Counted from the stretch's first letter, positions 1 through 13,991 are shown. The stretch: DNA of 64,000 nt from Malacoraja senta (GCA_038087875.1 CM075995.1:6140001-6204000); one strand, 5' to 3'. Program-made: numbers and translations. Notes: generated by a model not told the origin, from the sequence alone.

Positions 1-2126
1 TAACGAGCTTTGCTAGGATGGTGGATGGAGAGGCCATGACGAAATTAAAACAAAAGGTGTGGCGCTATTGTGGAGTGCCCACTTTGAGATCAACTGCCTC
101 TGCAAGACTGTGTTTAGACCAACCATCAACCCTAAATATGCTTCACTCTGCCAGCCTCGCACAGTGCAACCGGCACAGCTGTTTGGCGAGGATTTTGCAA
201 AGCAGGTGAAGGAGCTGGGGGAAGTATCCCTATAAGCGAGGAGACTGGTCCGGGCAAGGGACGAGTCCAGCTACGATGCAGCGCATTTGGCGTTCGGCTG
301 TAGCAGCGTCAGGGAAGGTGAGATATCTAGCTCGAGGCCGGGGAAGAATGCCAGGTGGTAAGGACGTAAGTGGGTCTGGTTCTCATGTAGACAGATCTAA
401 TGGGATACAATTAAATGTTTACCTCAGATATGTTTATACTGTAGGTTATTGAAGGGTATCGAATAAAGCTTAATGCAAATTCTGATTTACCCATGCAACA
501 TGTTCCAAAAAAGGAGTTTGACCAGTATCACTGAACAATTGGAAGTTCAGGTGGAACTTGCAAGCTTATGTAGTAAAGGTGTAATTGCTAACGCAGTTTA
601 CCAAAGCCATCAGTTTGTGTCCAATATCTTTCCCAGACCAAAAAAGGATGGGGGATGCAGAATTATACTGGACCTGAATAGTCTTAAACCTTTTTTGTAC
701 GGTATAGACATTTTAAGATGGAAACGTTTGAGGAGATCTCAAAGATCCGGATTCAGTGTCTGTTCATTTGCAGGATAGAAGATTTAAAATTCAGCTGGAT
801 GGCGCAATTATGGCAATACAATGCACTGCCTAATTGTTTGTCTTCAGCTCCTAGAGTAATTACAAAGTTGTTAAAACCTATTCTAGGCATGATGAGAAGT
901 CAAGGGCAGGTGCTCATGGCTTAACTAGATAATATCTTGATTGTAGGACAATCAAAGGAAACAGCTGAAGCATCAGTGGCAGTTGGTAAAAACCACTTTT
1001 TAAAAATTGGGCTTCATAAGCTATCTAGAGAAATCTAAATTAATACCTGTGACACAAATTGACTAGTTGGGTTCACAATAGACTTAATCAACATGATTGT
1101 GACCTTGCCCAGGCAAAAAAGGGTAGAGCTAATTAAGAGCTGTATCAAGTTAATTGCTGACACACAGCCTTCAATTAGCCAGGTGACGAGTCTGCTGCGG
1201 AAATTGCTGGCACCATTCCCAGCAGTTCAATAGTGGCCACTTTATTATCTACAATTACAAAGTTCAAAGGAACAAGCACTGAGGATACATTGGGGTCATT
1301 ATAATAGACCTATGCTTCTATCAATAGAGGCTGTTGCTGATGTACAATGGTGGATTCAGCATGTGTCCACTAGTAGTTCCAAAGTGTTATTGGACCAAGC
1401 TTCCATGATTTTGCAGACAGGTGTCAGAGCACTTGGGTGGGGTGCTACTGATACAAGATCCAGCTGTGGAGACAGATGGACATTGCTTCTGCAAACATGG
1501 GTAATTAACCAAGAGTATTTTATGGACTCAAGACTTATGGCACTAACAAAACTAGTTTGCATGTGCAGTGCCAAATAGACAACACTACAGCAGTTGCTTA
1601 TATGAATCACATGGGTGGAATCAAATTGTTATCATGTGACAGGTTGGCAAATAAAATTGGACCTGGAGTATGGATATTTGGATTGGAGCTATCTGCCAGG
1701 GAAACTTAATGTAGTACCAGATGGCAGCTCACGAAAATTCCGTGATAATACAGAGTGGATGTTGAACCAGGATGTGTTCAAGAACATAGTACTTCTATAT
1801 GGAAGGCCAAAATATGTTTCATGGGCACCAGATCCAGGGGCAGTGGCAATTGATGCTTTTTCACTAAATTGGGATGATATGGTTGTGTACATTTTCCCAC
1901 CATTCTGCCTCGTAGCTCGGTGTTTGAGAAAATCAAGCAGGATGCCGCTTCAGGGGTTTTGGTGATACCAAATTGCCCGATTCAACCATGGTTCCCTCTG
2001 ATGTTACAGATAGCGATCCAACCTCCTTTTGCTGATTCCAAACAGTAGGAATTTGCTGGATCATCCAGTAACGCGTTGTTCATCCGTTATGTGATCGTAT
2101 TGATCTGTTAATTTGCAGGGTTTTAA
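1..2126 (+). pseudogene. DIRS D gag end plus RT/RNase H/methyltransferase region, with frameshifts and stops
   Basis: ORFs 473..778, 718..924, 1312..1578 and 1615..1965 align piecewise to the pol of copies A and B. Confidence 0.85.
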
Positions 2127-3407
2127 GAATGCCTTACATTGGTCGAGGACTTTCTAGGCCAACGGTGGATATACTCACTGCAGCCTGGAGAAAGAGTACT
2201 CAAAACCAGTATATGACTTATGTAAAAAAAAAAATTAAAAAAAAAAAAAAAAAAAAAAAGGGAACAATATGGTGTTCAAAAGAATATTCAATATGATACT
2301 GTAGTTATTGAAAATGTGTTAGAGTTTTATCTACACTTTATTATGATGAGGGTCTTAGCTATACTGCTATCAATACAGCTAGAAGTGCTTTGTAAGCATA
2401 TCTTGTAATAGGTACACGGACACAAAGTATAGGTTCTCACCCTCTCATATCTAGGTTTATGAAAGGAATCTTTAATTCCAAACCGCCTAAGCCTAGGTAT
2501 ATGGTAATCTGCGATGTAAGCGTTGTTCTTAGCATACTTCGTCATTGGGTCCCTGTCACGTCTATAACTTTGTTAAAATTAACCATGAAATTGGCTATGC
2601 TAATGGCATTGGTGTCAGTACAGAGAGTGCAGACTTTGTAAAAACTTCAGTTCGAGAGAATGGAAGTGAATACAGAGAATGTTCTGTTTTATATTTCTGA
2701 CCTGCTCAAACAAAGCAGGCCAGGTGTGACAGGATTTAGGATTGTGTTCTCAGCATATCCTACAGCTCCATGTTTATGTGTAAGGACACATTTGTTACAT
2801 TACATTGAAGCCGCAAGAGTTACCATAATATGGTTGAGTTCTTCATTAGGATGGAGAGTGACATTGTTAATTCAGAAACAACGGTTCTGAACTTAAAGAA
2901 AGGTAACTTTGAGGGTATGAGACGTGTATTGGCCAAGATTGACTGGCAATTAGTTCTAAAAGGGTTGACGGTGGATATGCAATGGAAGGCATTTAAAGAC
3001 TGCATGGATGAACTACAAAAATTGTTCATCCCAGTTTGGCAAAAGAATAAATCAGGGAAGGTAGTGCATCCGTGGATAACAAGGGAAATCAAGGATAGTA
3101 TCAAAGCAAAAGATGATGCGTACAAATTAGCCAGAAAAAGCAGCATACCAGAGGACTGGGAGAAATTCAGAGACCAGCAGAGGAGGACAAAGGGCTTAAT
3201 TAGGAAAGGGAAAATAGATTATGAAAGGAAACTGGCAGGGAACATAAAAACTGACTGCAAAAGTTTGTATAGATATGTGAAGAGAAACAGATTAGTTAAA
3301 ATAAATGTAGGTCCCTTGCAGTCAGAAACAGGTGAATTGATCATGGGGAACAAGGATATGGCGGACCAATTGAATAACTACTTTGGTTCCGTCTTCACTA
3401 AGGAAGA

Positions 3408-4064
3408 TTCAAGATTCAAGAAGTTTATTGCCATGTCAACAAGTTGATAGGAATTTGACTTGCCATGCAGCACACAAATAAAGATTACAACAAAGAATTT
3501 AACAACATAAAAACATCCCCCCACAATGGTTCCCACGGTGGGGGAAGGCAGCAAAGTCCAGTCCCATCCCCAGTTCACCCATAGTCGGGGCCTATTGAGG
3601 CCTCTGCAGTCGCCGATACGGCAGCCCGATGCCTCAGGCCCTCTCGCCGGATGATGAAGCTCCGGCGTCGGGTGAACACTCTCAGCAGCCCGGAGTGTCT
3701 GGAGCGGCCGCCTCCTCCCAGTAGACCGCGGCTCCCGAAGTCCACGAGCCGCACTGGTCGATGCTCCGACTCTGTCGACCTCGTCGTCAGATCCCAGGCT
3801 CCGCGGTGTTCCAAGCTCAGCGCCGCTGGAAGCTCCACTGACCGCAGACCGCAGCTCCGCGATGTTGGTGCCGGCTGTCACAGCACTCCGGAGCTTACTG
3901 CACTGCAGTTAGGCATCGCCCGCTCCGCGATGGTGCTTCAGCGCTGTTCCGCCGCCGAAGCTGAAGTCCTGGCCGGTCCCGGCAGGAAAACGCCGCTCCA
4001 GTCTGCCCGTAGGCCGCGAGGAAGGGGCGAAGATACGGCTCGGAGAAAAGCCGCATCCCCGACC
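3408..4064 (-). mobile_element. GC-rich non-coding retroposon (SINE-like or non-autonomous LINE derivative), 5'-truncated
   Basis: Splits the CR1 frame FTKED|INNL with duplicated AGGAAGA (3401-3407 and 4065-4071). Minus-strand 3' end reads AATAAA..(CTTGAAT)n. Homologous to 13328-13991. Confidence 0.75.
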
Positions 4065-5460
4065 AGGAAGACATAAATAATCTGCCGGAAATAGCAGGGG
4101 GCCGCGGGTCAAAGGAGATGGAGGAACTGAGTGAAATCCAGGTTAGTCGGGAAGTGGTGTTGGGTAAATTGAATGGATTAAAGGCCGATAAATCACCAGG
4201 GCCAGATAGGCTGCATCCCAGAGTACTTAAGGAAGTAGCTCCAGAAATAGTGGATGCATTAGTGATAATTTTTCAAAACTCTTTAGATTCTGGAGTAGTT
4301 CCTGAGGATTGGAGGGTAGCAAACGTAACGCCACTTTTTAAGAAGGGAGGGAGAGAGAAAACGGGAAATTACAGACCAGTTAGTCTAACATCGGTAGTGG
4401 GGAAACTGCTAGAGTCACTTATTAAAGATGGGATAGCAGCACATTTGGAAAGTGGTGAAATCATTGGACAAAGTCAGCATGGATTTATGAAAGGTAAATC
4501 ATGTCTGACGAATCTTATAGAATTTTTCGAGGATGTAACTAGTAGAGTGGATAGGGGAGAACCAGTGGATGTGTTGTATCTGGACATTCAGAAGGCTTTC
4601 GACAAGGTACCACATAAGAGATTAGTATGCAAACTTTGTTGTTTTTTTTTTGTGTTTATTTTATTAGAAGTTAATACAATACAAAACAATACAGTGGCAC
4701 CTAATTTTAGGTGCCAACTATGTCATAACGTAATGCATTCTATGTACAACCTCTAGTTTTATGTTTTTGAAAAGGAGGTAAATAAGAAAAAAAAAGAAAG
4801 AAAAAAATAGAGAAAAGAAAGAGGAAAAATAAATAGTAGAAAATAGAAAAACGTGAAGTGTGTATATAAGAAAAGAAAAAATAGAAAGTAGAAATAGTAG
4901 AAAAAGACCCTTAAAAAAGAAATTTTCAAATCTTTGTTTGGAGATGTAAATCTATCCACGACCTGACCTGAAATCAGTAACCTTTACGGTACTGCTGCAT
5001 CACATGATTCCAAAAAGTCGATGAAAGGGGACCAACTCCTTAAGAATTGGTCATATTTATCTATTAGGCGGAGTCTCATTTCTTCAAGGTGTGCTATGTC
5101 TGTCATATTCCTAATCCACATTTTAATAGTTGGTATAGCTGTATTTTTCCAAAATTTAAGTATCAATTTCTTTCCAATTATTAACCCATAATTAAAGAAT
5201 ACTTTTTGGTCTTTGTTTAAATTGATATCTTCTAATATTATTCCAAATATAATCCATTCCATATTAGGTTCTATTCTTGACTTGAAGAGCTTTGTAAATA
5301 TATCAAATATATCGCTCCAAAATGTATTCAACTTTGTACATCCTACAAATGAATGTGTTATATTGGCATTTTGAAACAAACATTTATCGCATCTGGGAGA
5401 GACATTTGGGTAAAATTTATTCAACCTCGTTTTTGAATAATATAGTCTATGTAATAATTT

Positions 5461-8400
5461 TTTTTTTTTTTTTTTTAAATTTTTATTTATTAGAAGTACA
5501 TTACATTACAACCACATACATTAATACTCGTCATTTATATCTTCTTACAATTAATGTACTCCCTTTATTTATTTTTTTACACTAGAGAAAGAAAAGATTG
5601 AAAGAGAGAAGAAAGTGAAGGAAAAAGTGCAAGTGTAGAAAAGTGTAGAAAATGTAACAACAAAAAAGGACGAAGACCCTATAAGAGCGAAATTAAAAAC
5701 AAAAAGAAAAAGAGTTAAGAAATAGGCCCTAAGAAAAGAAAAGAGAAAGAGAAAAAAAGAGAAACAAATGTTTTTTTTTTGAGCATCACGTAAATAGGAC
5801 ATACCAACTCTTCAACTATCATCCCCCCTTACCCGACCTCAATTTTTTATTTTTTTTAAAGTACTTTTGCACCCTATGTTTGTAATAATTCTATAAATGC
5901 AGACCACGTCAGGTGGAAGTGATCTGGTTTACCTGCTAGGAGGAGTCTTATCTCTTCAAGGTGTAATGTTTCAAACATATTTGAAATCCACATATTTATA
6001 GTTGGTATTGGAGCCTTCTTCCAAAATTTTAGAATTAGCTTTTTTCCAGTTATTAACCCATAATCCATTAATTTCTTTTGAAACACATTTAGTTCTGGAT
6101 CATCTTCCGTTATTCCGAAGATAATCCATTCTGCTTTGGGTATCAGTCTTGTTTTAAATAACTTTGTAAAGATTTCAAAAATTTCATTCCAAAATTTTTC
6201 AATTTTTGTACAGAAGACAAATGAGTGCGCTATAGTTGCTTCTTGGGATTGACATTTATCACAAATAGATGATACGTTTGGGAAAATTTTATGAATTTTA
6301 GTTTTCGAATAATATAATCTATGTAAAATTTTAAATTGTATTAAAGTGTGTCTTACATTAATCGAGCATTTATGCACTTTTAATAAGTATTCATTCCAAC
6401 TTTCCTTTGAAATTTTAATAGCTAACTCTTGTTCCCAGTCTCTTCTGATACCCTCCGTAGATGGTATTTGTGCATTTAAGATAATATTGTACAAATATGA
6501 TATTAAGTTTGCTGATTCCGCTTTTATCTGCATTGCCTCGTCCAGTACATCTGCTGGGTTATTATGATGATCTTTTGTATATTTTTTCAAATAGTCGCAT
6601 ATTTGAAAGTATTTAAAATATTGATTATTTCCGAGTTTATATTTTATTTGTAATTGTTGAAATGAAAGTAATTTTCCAGTTTCATACAAGTCACCAAGCG
6701 TTTTAATTCCTAGTCTATCCCATTGTGTATAAGCTTTATCTATAATAGAAGGACTAAACGAAGGGTTATTGACTATAGGTAATAAAAGTGATAAGTTTCT
6801 TAATTTTAAATTTTGTTTTATTTGTTTCCAAATACGGATTGTACTATGAATAATTGGGTTCTTATTATAGTTTATGTTATTCAATTTCATTGGAGAGAGG
6901 AGGATCGCTCCAATGTTTCTAGAGGAGCAATCCTCTTTCTCCATTACAATCCAGTGTACTTGCTGGGCGGAGTTATCCATCAGTTGAATCATGTTTTTAA
7001 TATTTACTGACCAATAATAATACATAAAATTAGGTAGTGCTAGACCCCCCAATACTTTAGATTTATTCAGATGGGTTTTTTGTATTCTATGTGATTTATA
7101 GTCCCATATAAAATTAGTGATATCTGAGTCGAGTTTTTTAAAAAACTTCTTAGGTAAGTATATAGGAATTGATTGAAATAGGTATAAAATTTGTGGTAAA
7201 AAGATCATTTTTATTGCGTTTATTCGGCCTATTAAAGACATCGGGAGCGTTTTCCAGAATTTAATTAATGTATTCAGTTTATTAAGTAGGGGGTCAAAAT
7301 TTGCCCTGAACATACCTTGATATGCTCTGGTAATTTTGATTCCCAAATATTTAAATTTTTCTGTAGCTATTTTAAAAGGGAATTTTAAAAGATGTGTTGA
7401 ATCTTTCGGTTTTATTGACATAATTTCACTTTTATTCCAATTTATTCTATATCCAGAAAAAGATCCGAAGTCTTCAATTAAATTTAATATATTTGGTATA
7501 GTGATTTGAGGTTTTGTAATATACAATAATATATCATCCGCGTATAAAGATATTTTATTATATGAGTCTTTAGTATTATATCCATGAATATCAGGGTGTA
7601 TTCTAATTTTTTCTGCTAGCGGTTCAATAATGAGAGCAAACAGCTGTGGTGATAATGAGCATCCTTGTCTATTTCCCCTTGATAGTTGAAATTTCGAGGA
7701 TAATATGTTATTAGTAAGTATTCTAGCTGTAGGTTTGTTATATAGTAACTTAATCCATAAAATAAAATTCTCTCCCAGTTGAAATTTTTGTAATACTTTA
7801 TCCATATAATTCCATTCTACTTGATCAAATGCTTTTTCAGCATCCAGCGAAATAATTGATAATTCTTGATCTTCAGATTTGTGTGAGTGCATTATGTTGA
7901 GTAGACGTCTCATATTATTAGAAGAGTATCTCTTAGGGATAAACCCTGTCTGATCTGGGTTTATTAATTTACTAATGTATTTACTTAATCTTCTGGCTAA
8001 TGTTTTCGCTAATATTTTTTGATCTGTGTTTAACAATGCTATAGCTCTATATGAGCCAGGTTCTTCTAAATCCTTATTTTTCTTAGGTATTAATGTAATC
8101 GTTGATTCCGCTAATGTATCAGGTAGTATTCGTTTTTTTAAAGCGTATTGGTACATTTTTTGTAATCTTGGTATTATTTTATCATAAAAGCTTTTATAAA
8201 ATTCATTAGTAAATCCATCAGGGCCTGGTGTTTTTCCATTTTTTAGTGAGTTTATTGTATCTTCTAATTCCTTAATTGAGATTTGTGCACCCAGTTCCTC
8301 TTGTTCCTTCAGCTCTAACTTTGGAAGATTACAGGTATCCAAGAACTTTGTGATATTATTGGAATCAATTATCGTTTTAGATGTATACAAATTCTCGTAA

Positions 8401-9472
8401 AATTGCGCAAATCTTTTATTAATATCCTTCGGTGTTGTTAATAATTCCCCTTTATCTGATTTGATCTTTGGTATAGTATGTTCCTTTTCTCGTTTTTTTA
8501 GCTGGCGAGCCAAAAGTTTATGCGGTTTATCCCCAAATTCAAAGTGCTCTTGTTTTGTAATTTGAAAAAGTCTTATAAGTTTAGCAGATAATAATTTATT
8601 TAATTTAAATTTTAAAATTATTATTTTATTATGTTTATCTATTGATGGATCTTTAGCATTATCTATATCCATTTGTCTAATAAGTTCTTCTAACTGTATT
8701 TGTTCATTCTTATTCTTTTTATTTTGAAAAGCTTGATATGAAATTATAATACCCCTAATGTATGCTTTAAAAGATTCCCAAAGTAAAGTAGGCGATATAT
8801 CTGAAGTATCATTTGTTTGAAAAAAGACCTCCATTTGTTCTTTTAAATATATACTCGCTTGTGGATCTTTTAAAATTTGAGAGTTAAATCACCAGAATGA
8901 ATTATTCTTAGACAATCCTTCCAGTTTTAAAAAGAAAGTTAGTGGAGAATGGTCTGAAATTGAATTTGTATGGTATATTGCATTAGATGTTTGGGGGATT
9001 AATTTTGTATCCAGCAGAAAGTAGTCTATACGTGAGTATGTCTTATGTACCATTGAGTAAAACGAATATTCCCTGCCAGTTGGATTCACAATTCTCCAAA
9101 CATCTGCTATATTAGTGTTATTTATGTAGGTATTGAGGAGTTCCCCAGTTTTCGATTTCATATTCCCTCTCTGTTTTTGACTTGATTTATCTAAGTACGG
9201 ATCTAAAACACAGTTAAAGTCTCCGCCTATTATAACATTTTGATAGTTTGACTCTGCAATTATATTGAAGATTTTATTGAAAAAGTGGGGGTTATCAAAG
9301 TTAGGGGCATATATATTTACCAAAGTAAGTGGAGTGTCATGGATTTCTCCATTAACTATTAGGTATCTCCCTTCTATATCTGTTATAATATTCTTTGCTT
9401 TAAATGGTATACCTTTTCTTATGATAATTGACGTGCCTCTAGATTTTGAAGTGAATGAAGAGTGGTATGTTT
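5461..9472 (-). mobile_element. L1-clade LINE family b, 5'-truncated within the endonuclease domain, nested in L1a
   Basis: EN motifs (GGDFN, SRIDY, SDHS), RT (PGPDGF, RQGCSLSP, YADD) and C-terminal cysteine motif; poly(A). 16-bp TSD GTCTATGTAATAATTT at 5445-5460 and 9473-9488. Confidence 0.95.
5874..9472 (-). pseudogene. L1b ORF2 (EN-RT), single frame with one stop at 8889-8891
   Basis: ORFs 8889..9689 and 5874..8834 are in the same frame. The stop falls in W*FNS, probably CGA>TGA. Confidence 0.9.
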
Positions 9473-12400
9473 GTCTATGTAATAATTTAAATTGAATTAA
9501 ATTATGTCTTGCATTAATGGAACAATTATGTGTATTCATCAGATACTTTTCCCATCTATCTTTCGGGATCTTTATCATTAGTTCATGTTCCCAATCTTCT
9601 CTTAGTGCCTCTGTTGAGGGTAATTCTCTATTTAATATACTATTATAAAAATATGATATTAGTTTTTGTGAATCAGCCTTAATATTCATTGCTTCTTCTA
9701 AAGGGTCTAAAAATAGTTTGAAATCTATGTATATATTTCTTCATAAAGTCACATATCTGTATATATTTAAAATATTGATTATCATTCAGTTTAAATTTAA
9801 ATTTTAATTGTTGAAATGATAACAATTTGCCCAGTTCATACATATCTCCTACTTTCCTAATCCCCAATCTATCCCATTGTTTATATGTTTTATCGATAAG
9901 AGATGGTTTGAATGCAGGATTATTCAGAATTGGGGTTAATACTGATAGATTATTTAATTTCAAGGATAATTTTATTTGTTTCCAAATTCTTATTGTATTG
10001 TGAATAATTGGGTTCTTCTTATATATTATACTATTCAATTTTATTGGTGAGAACAAGATCGTTCCTATATCGTACAGGAAACACTCCTCTTTTTCCATTC
10101 TTATCCACTCCGACTGGTGAGTTGAACTATCCAACCAGTACATTATGTTCTTAATATGCACTGCCCAGTAGTAATACGTAAAGTTAGGTAGTGATAAACC
10201 CCCAGCTTCTTTAGGTTTACACAAATGCTTTAGTTGAATTCTGTGTGCTCTATAATCCCATATAAAATTAGTGATATTAGAATCTAGTTTTTTGAAAAAA
10301 TATTTCGGAATATATATTGGGATCGCTTGAAACAAATATATTAATTGTGGTATTAATTGTGGTAAGAAAGTCATAAGATTAGTATGCAAACTTAAATCAC
10401 ACGGTATTGGGGGTTCAGTATTGATGTGGATAGAGAACTGGCTGACAAACAGGAAGCAAAGAGTAGGAGTAAACGGGTCCTTTTCACAATGGCAGGCAGT
10501 GACTAGTGGGGTACCGCAAGGCTCAGTGCTGGGACCCCAGCTATTTACAATTTATATTAATGAACTGGATGAGGGAATTGAAGGCAACATCTCCAAGTTT
10601 GCGGATGACACTAAGCTGGGGGGCAGTTAGCTGTGAGGAGGATTCTAGGAGACTGCAAGGTGACTTGGATAGGCTGGGTGAGTGGGCAGATGTTTGGCAG
10701 ATGCAGTATAATGTGGATAAATGTGAGGTTATCCACTTTGGTGGCAAAAACAGGAAAGCAGACTATTATCTAAATGGTGGCCGATTAGGAAATGGGGAGA
10801 TGCAGAGAGACCTGGGTGTCATGGTACACCAGTCATTGAAAGTAGGCATGCAGGTGCAGCAGGCAGTGAAGAAAGCGAATGGTATGTTAGCAAAAGGATT
10901 TGAGTATAGGAGCAGGGAGGTTCTACTGCAGTTGTACAGGGTCTTGGTGAGACCACACCTGGAGTATTGCGTACAGTTTTGGTCTCCAAATCTGAGGAAG
11001 GACATTATAGAGGTAGTGCAGAGAAGGTTCACCAGACTGATTCCTGGGATGTCAGGACTTTCATATGAAGAAAGACTGGATAGACTTGGCTTATACTCGC
11101 TAGAATTTAGGAGATTGAGAGGGGATCTTATAGAAACGTACAAAATTCTTATGGGGTTGGACAGGCTAGATGCAGGAAGATTGTTCCCGATGTTGGGGAA
11201 GTCCAGGACAAGGGGTCACAGCTTAAGGATAAGGGGGAAATCCTTTAAGACCGAGATGAGGAAAAACATTTTCACACAGAGAGTGGTGAATCTCTGGAAC
11301 TCTCTGTCACAGAGGGTAGTTGAGGCCAGTTCATTGGCTATATTTAAGAGGGAGTTAGATGTGGCCCTTGTGGCTAAGGGGATCAGGGGGTATGGAGAGA
11401 AGGCAGGTACGGGATACTGAGTTGGATGATCAGCCATGATCATATTGAATGGCGGTGCAGGCTCGAAGGGCCGAATGGCCTACTCCTGCACCTATTTTCT
11501 ATGTATCTATGTATCTATAAGACAAGAAGAAACAAGATTATTTGTCAGTTACAAGAAGCCAACATAAAAGAGTGGCAGTTCAGACTATCTCAAGGTGGTT
11601 AAAGCAAGAGTTGGTTCAGGCAGGAATTAACATTTATGTGTTTACATCTCATTCCACTAGCGCAGTAGCAACATCCGCGGCCAGGGCGATGGACGTTCCC
11701 ATCGACCATATATTAAAAGCCGCAGGTTGGAAAAATGAACTTGTGTTTCAGCAATACTACCATTGGCCGATTGCCGATGGAGGGCAGTTTGCCAACTCAA
11801 TATTGAGTGCTGTTGCTATTGTTTAAAGTCTGTTTTCAATACTGTTTAATTCTGTTTCGTTTGTTGCCCCTACATTAAGAGGGTTTATTGGTTGTTTTAT
11901 GGCCAAAAATAAAACTGTTTTGTTTTTGCATGATATGCAATGTCATGTTTACAGCATTATTGATGATACTCAGAGTCAATCGATGCAGTGAGAAGCCGGG
12001 ATTTTGATCTGCGGCATAAAAATCACAGAGCTTTAAAATCTTCACGTAGTCACTTACGTGACTCCGAAGTAAAATAGTAAGATTAAACGAGAACTTACCA
12101 GTTTGAAGTTTGATCTTTATTTTATTAGGAGTTACGTTGGTGATTACGTGCCCGCCACGCCCAACCCTCTCTCATAGAAAAAAGGTTATAATGGTAGTTC
12201 TCATGTTGATCATCTTAATATGTTACTTCAATTATGGTGTTGTCTGTGATTTCATACCGCTGCTTTGAAGATTGACGCGCATGCGCCCTGACGGGTCTTC
12301 TTCACGTAATCACCAACGTAACTCCTCATAAAATAAAGATCAAACTTCAAACTGGTAAGTTCTCATTTAATCTTACGATTATTGCACCTGATGTGTAGAA

Positions 12401-13205
12401 GGATTATCACTGAACTATATGCTAAAAAATAATTTCATTGTACTTAAGTGCATATGACAAAATGAACCATTGATGTTCAGCAGAGACATTGTGGACCGAA
12501 GGGCTTTTTCCTATGCTGTACTGTTATATATTCTATAATCAATGTACAGTTTGAGATTACTTTATGCAATCATATTCTAAAGTGGAATATTTTGCCACAA
12601 TGATAAACTAATCCCATCTGTCCACACAACAACTAATATTTCCAGCTTGTGTTATAATAGATTCTAATTTTAATTTAAAAAAATCTCTAAATTAACAGTT
12701 AGCATTAAAAAGTTACATCAAGAAGTTTCAGAATATGATCATTAGAGTACACAAATAACTGTTTATATATTGTCAATGAGTTCTGCAAGAATTTCAATAT
12801 TCAATCACGGACCCTGAATTCAAAATAACATTTACGATCTATAAGAGAGATTTCACGCAAGAGAAAACAGTTTGTAGCAAAATCATTTATGCCATAATAT
12901 AACATAAATTAAATATTCCAGAACATTTTTAGGAAAGGGTTTGTTACTTTAAAGAAGGCATAGCGATGGTTAATCTGGTTTTTAATAACCCTCTATAATT
13001 ACAATCCCAAAATAATGATCAGTATTTTTAGAACATTAATTTGCTCTATGTACAAATTGGTTTTTAGCTTTAAGGTCATATCATAGAGGAATATATATCT
13101 AGATTTGCACTAATGAGCTTGGCAGTGAATGGCATGAGTTATTTGAATTGCAACCTTCAATCTAAGCTTGACACGGACCCCGCTGGTAACAATCTGCAGA
13201 TAATG

Positions 13206-13327
13206 GAGACACAAGAGACAGCAGATGCTGGAATATGGAGCAACAAAGAAACTGCTGCAGAAACTCAGCAGGTCATGCAACACCTATCGGGGAGTGGGGG
13301 ACAGGAAATGTTGACATTTTGGGCCGA
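13206..13327 (-). repeat. Short Penelope-type terminal-repeat fragment
   Basis: gacacaagagacagcagatgctgg..aaactcagcaggtca..gacattttgggccgag, similar to many copies in the window. Confidence 0.55.
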
Positions 13328-13991
13328 GTCCCCAGCCCCAGTTCAACCAAAAAGTCAGGCCAAATGAAGCCCCCGCTATTGCCTCTACGGAGGCCCGATG
13401 ATCCTGGCCGTTCTCGCCGGGTGATGTAGCCCCGGCGTCGGGAGAGTCCTCCAGCAGCTGGGCCACCTGGAACGGCCGCATTCCTCACCGGATGCCGCAA
13501 CTACGGCTGGAACGGTGGATTTCCCGCAGGCGTCCGCAGCACCTGAAGCCGACATGGCCATGCCGATTTGGAGCCACGAGGCTCCCGATGTTGGAGTCGG
13601 CGCCGCCGCCCGCGGATGGTCGCTCCACAGTCCCCGCAGCCCGGGGGTGTTGAGCTCGGCGGTCCAGCTCACCGGAGCTCCAGCGCGTCGGTCCACCGCG
13701 GCGACCCAGCAAGGCATCGCCCGCTCCGCTGCGCAATAGCGCTCCAGCGCCGTGCCGCCACCGAAGCTGAGGGTGCTGTGCGGTCCCCGCCAGGAAACGC
13801 CGCTCCACGCCCGCTGGTAGGCCGCAAGGTCGACTGGGCAGCCGGAGAGAAGGCTGCCTCACCGACCAGGTAGGGACCAGGAAGTGGTTTCCCCCTTACC
13901 CCCCCACATCGAAATGCAAAATAAAGAAAAACAGAGACTTAAATAAAAACTAAAAACTAGAAAAATAAGTACAATTAACGCACGGCTGCTG
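13328..13991 (-). mobile_element. GC-rich non-coding retroposon, second diverged copy
   Basis: Shares blocks with 3570-4067, e.g. aggcatcgcccgctccgc, cgccgctcca and cgaccagg. Confidence 0.7.

Larger units (their letters stand above)
4637..10375 (-). mobile_element. L1-clade LINE family a, 3' part only (4637-5460 and 9473-10375)
   Basis: ORF2 C-terminal fragments (GGLSLPNF, CDKC..H..C). Poly(A) reads as a T-run from 4637. 18-bp TSD AGATTAGTATGCAAACTT at 4619-4636 and 10376-10393. Confidence 0.92.
2823..11516 (+). mobile_element. CR1 LINE, 5'-truncated, in three pieces (2823-3407, 4065-4636, 10376-11516)
   Basis: ORF2 motifs [38 protein letters not shown] and RTRGHSL; 3' UTR ending in (CTATGTAT)n. 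Confidence 0.95.
2119..11826 (+). pseudogene. DIRS D tyrosine recombinase, split into 2119-2822 and ~11517-11826
   Basis: HYIEAAR stops at ~2820 and resumes at ~11517 as (I)RQEETRLFVSYKKP..SHSTS..AGW..QQYY. Confidence 0.85.
1..12380 (+). mobile_element. DIRS1-like YR retrotransposon, copy D (5' end outside window; degenerate; interrupted by a CR1/L1 nest)
   Basis: RT fragments (PKKDGGCRIILDL, NALPNCLSSAPRVITK), RNase H (LGWGA), methyltransferase-like domain (AIDAFSLNW..YIFPPF) and YR fragments (FMKGIFNSKPPKPRY, QRVQTL, TSHSTS..AGW..QYY). Internal complementary region (ICR) at ~12039-12150; right ITR/end at ~12273-12380. Confidence 0.93.

Noticed and set aside
10339..10362. 12-bp tandem duplication near the L1a 5' junction
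   Set aside because: Ordinary slippage, no further significance evident.
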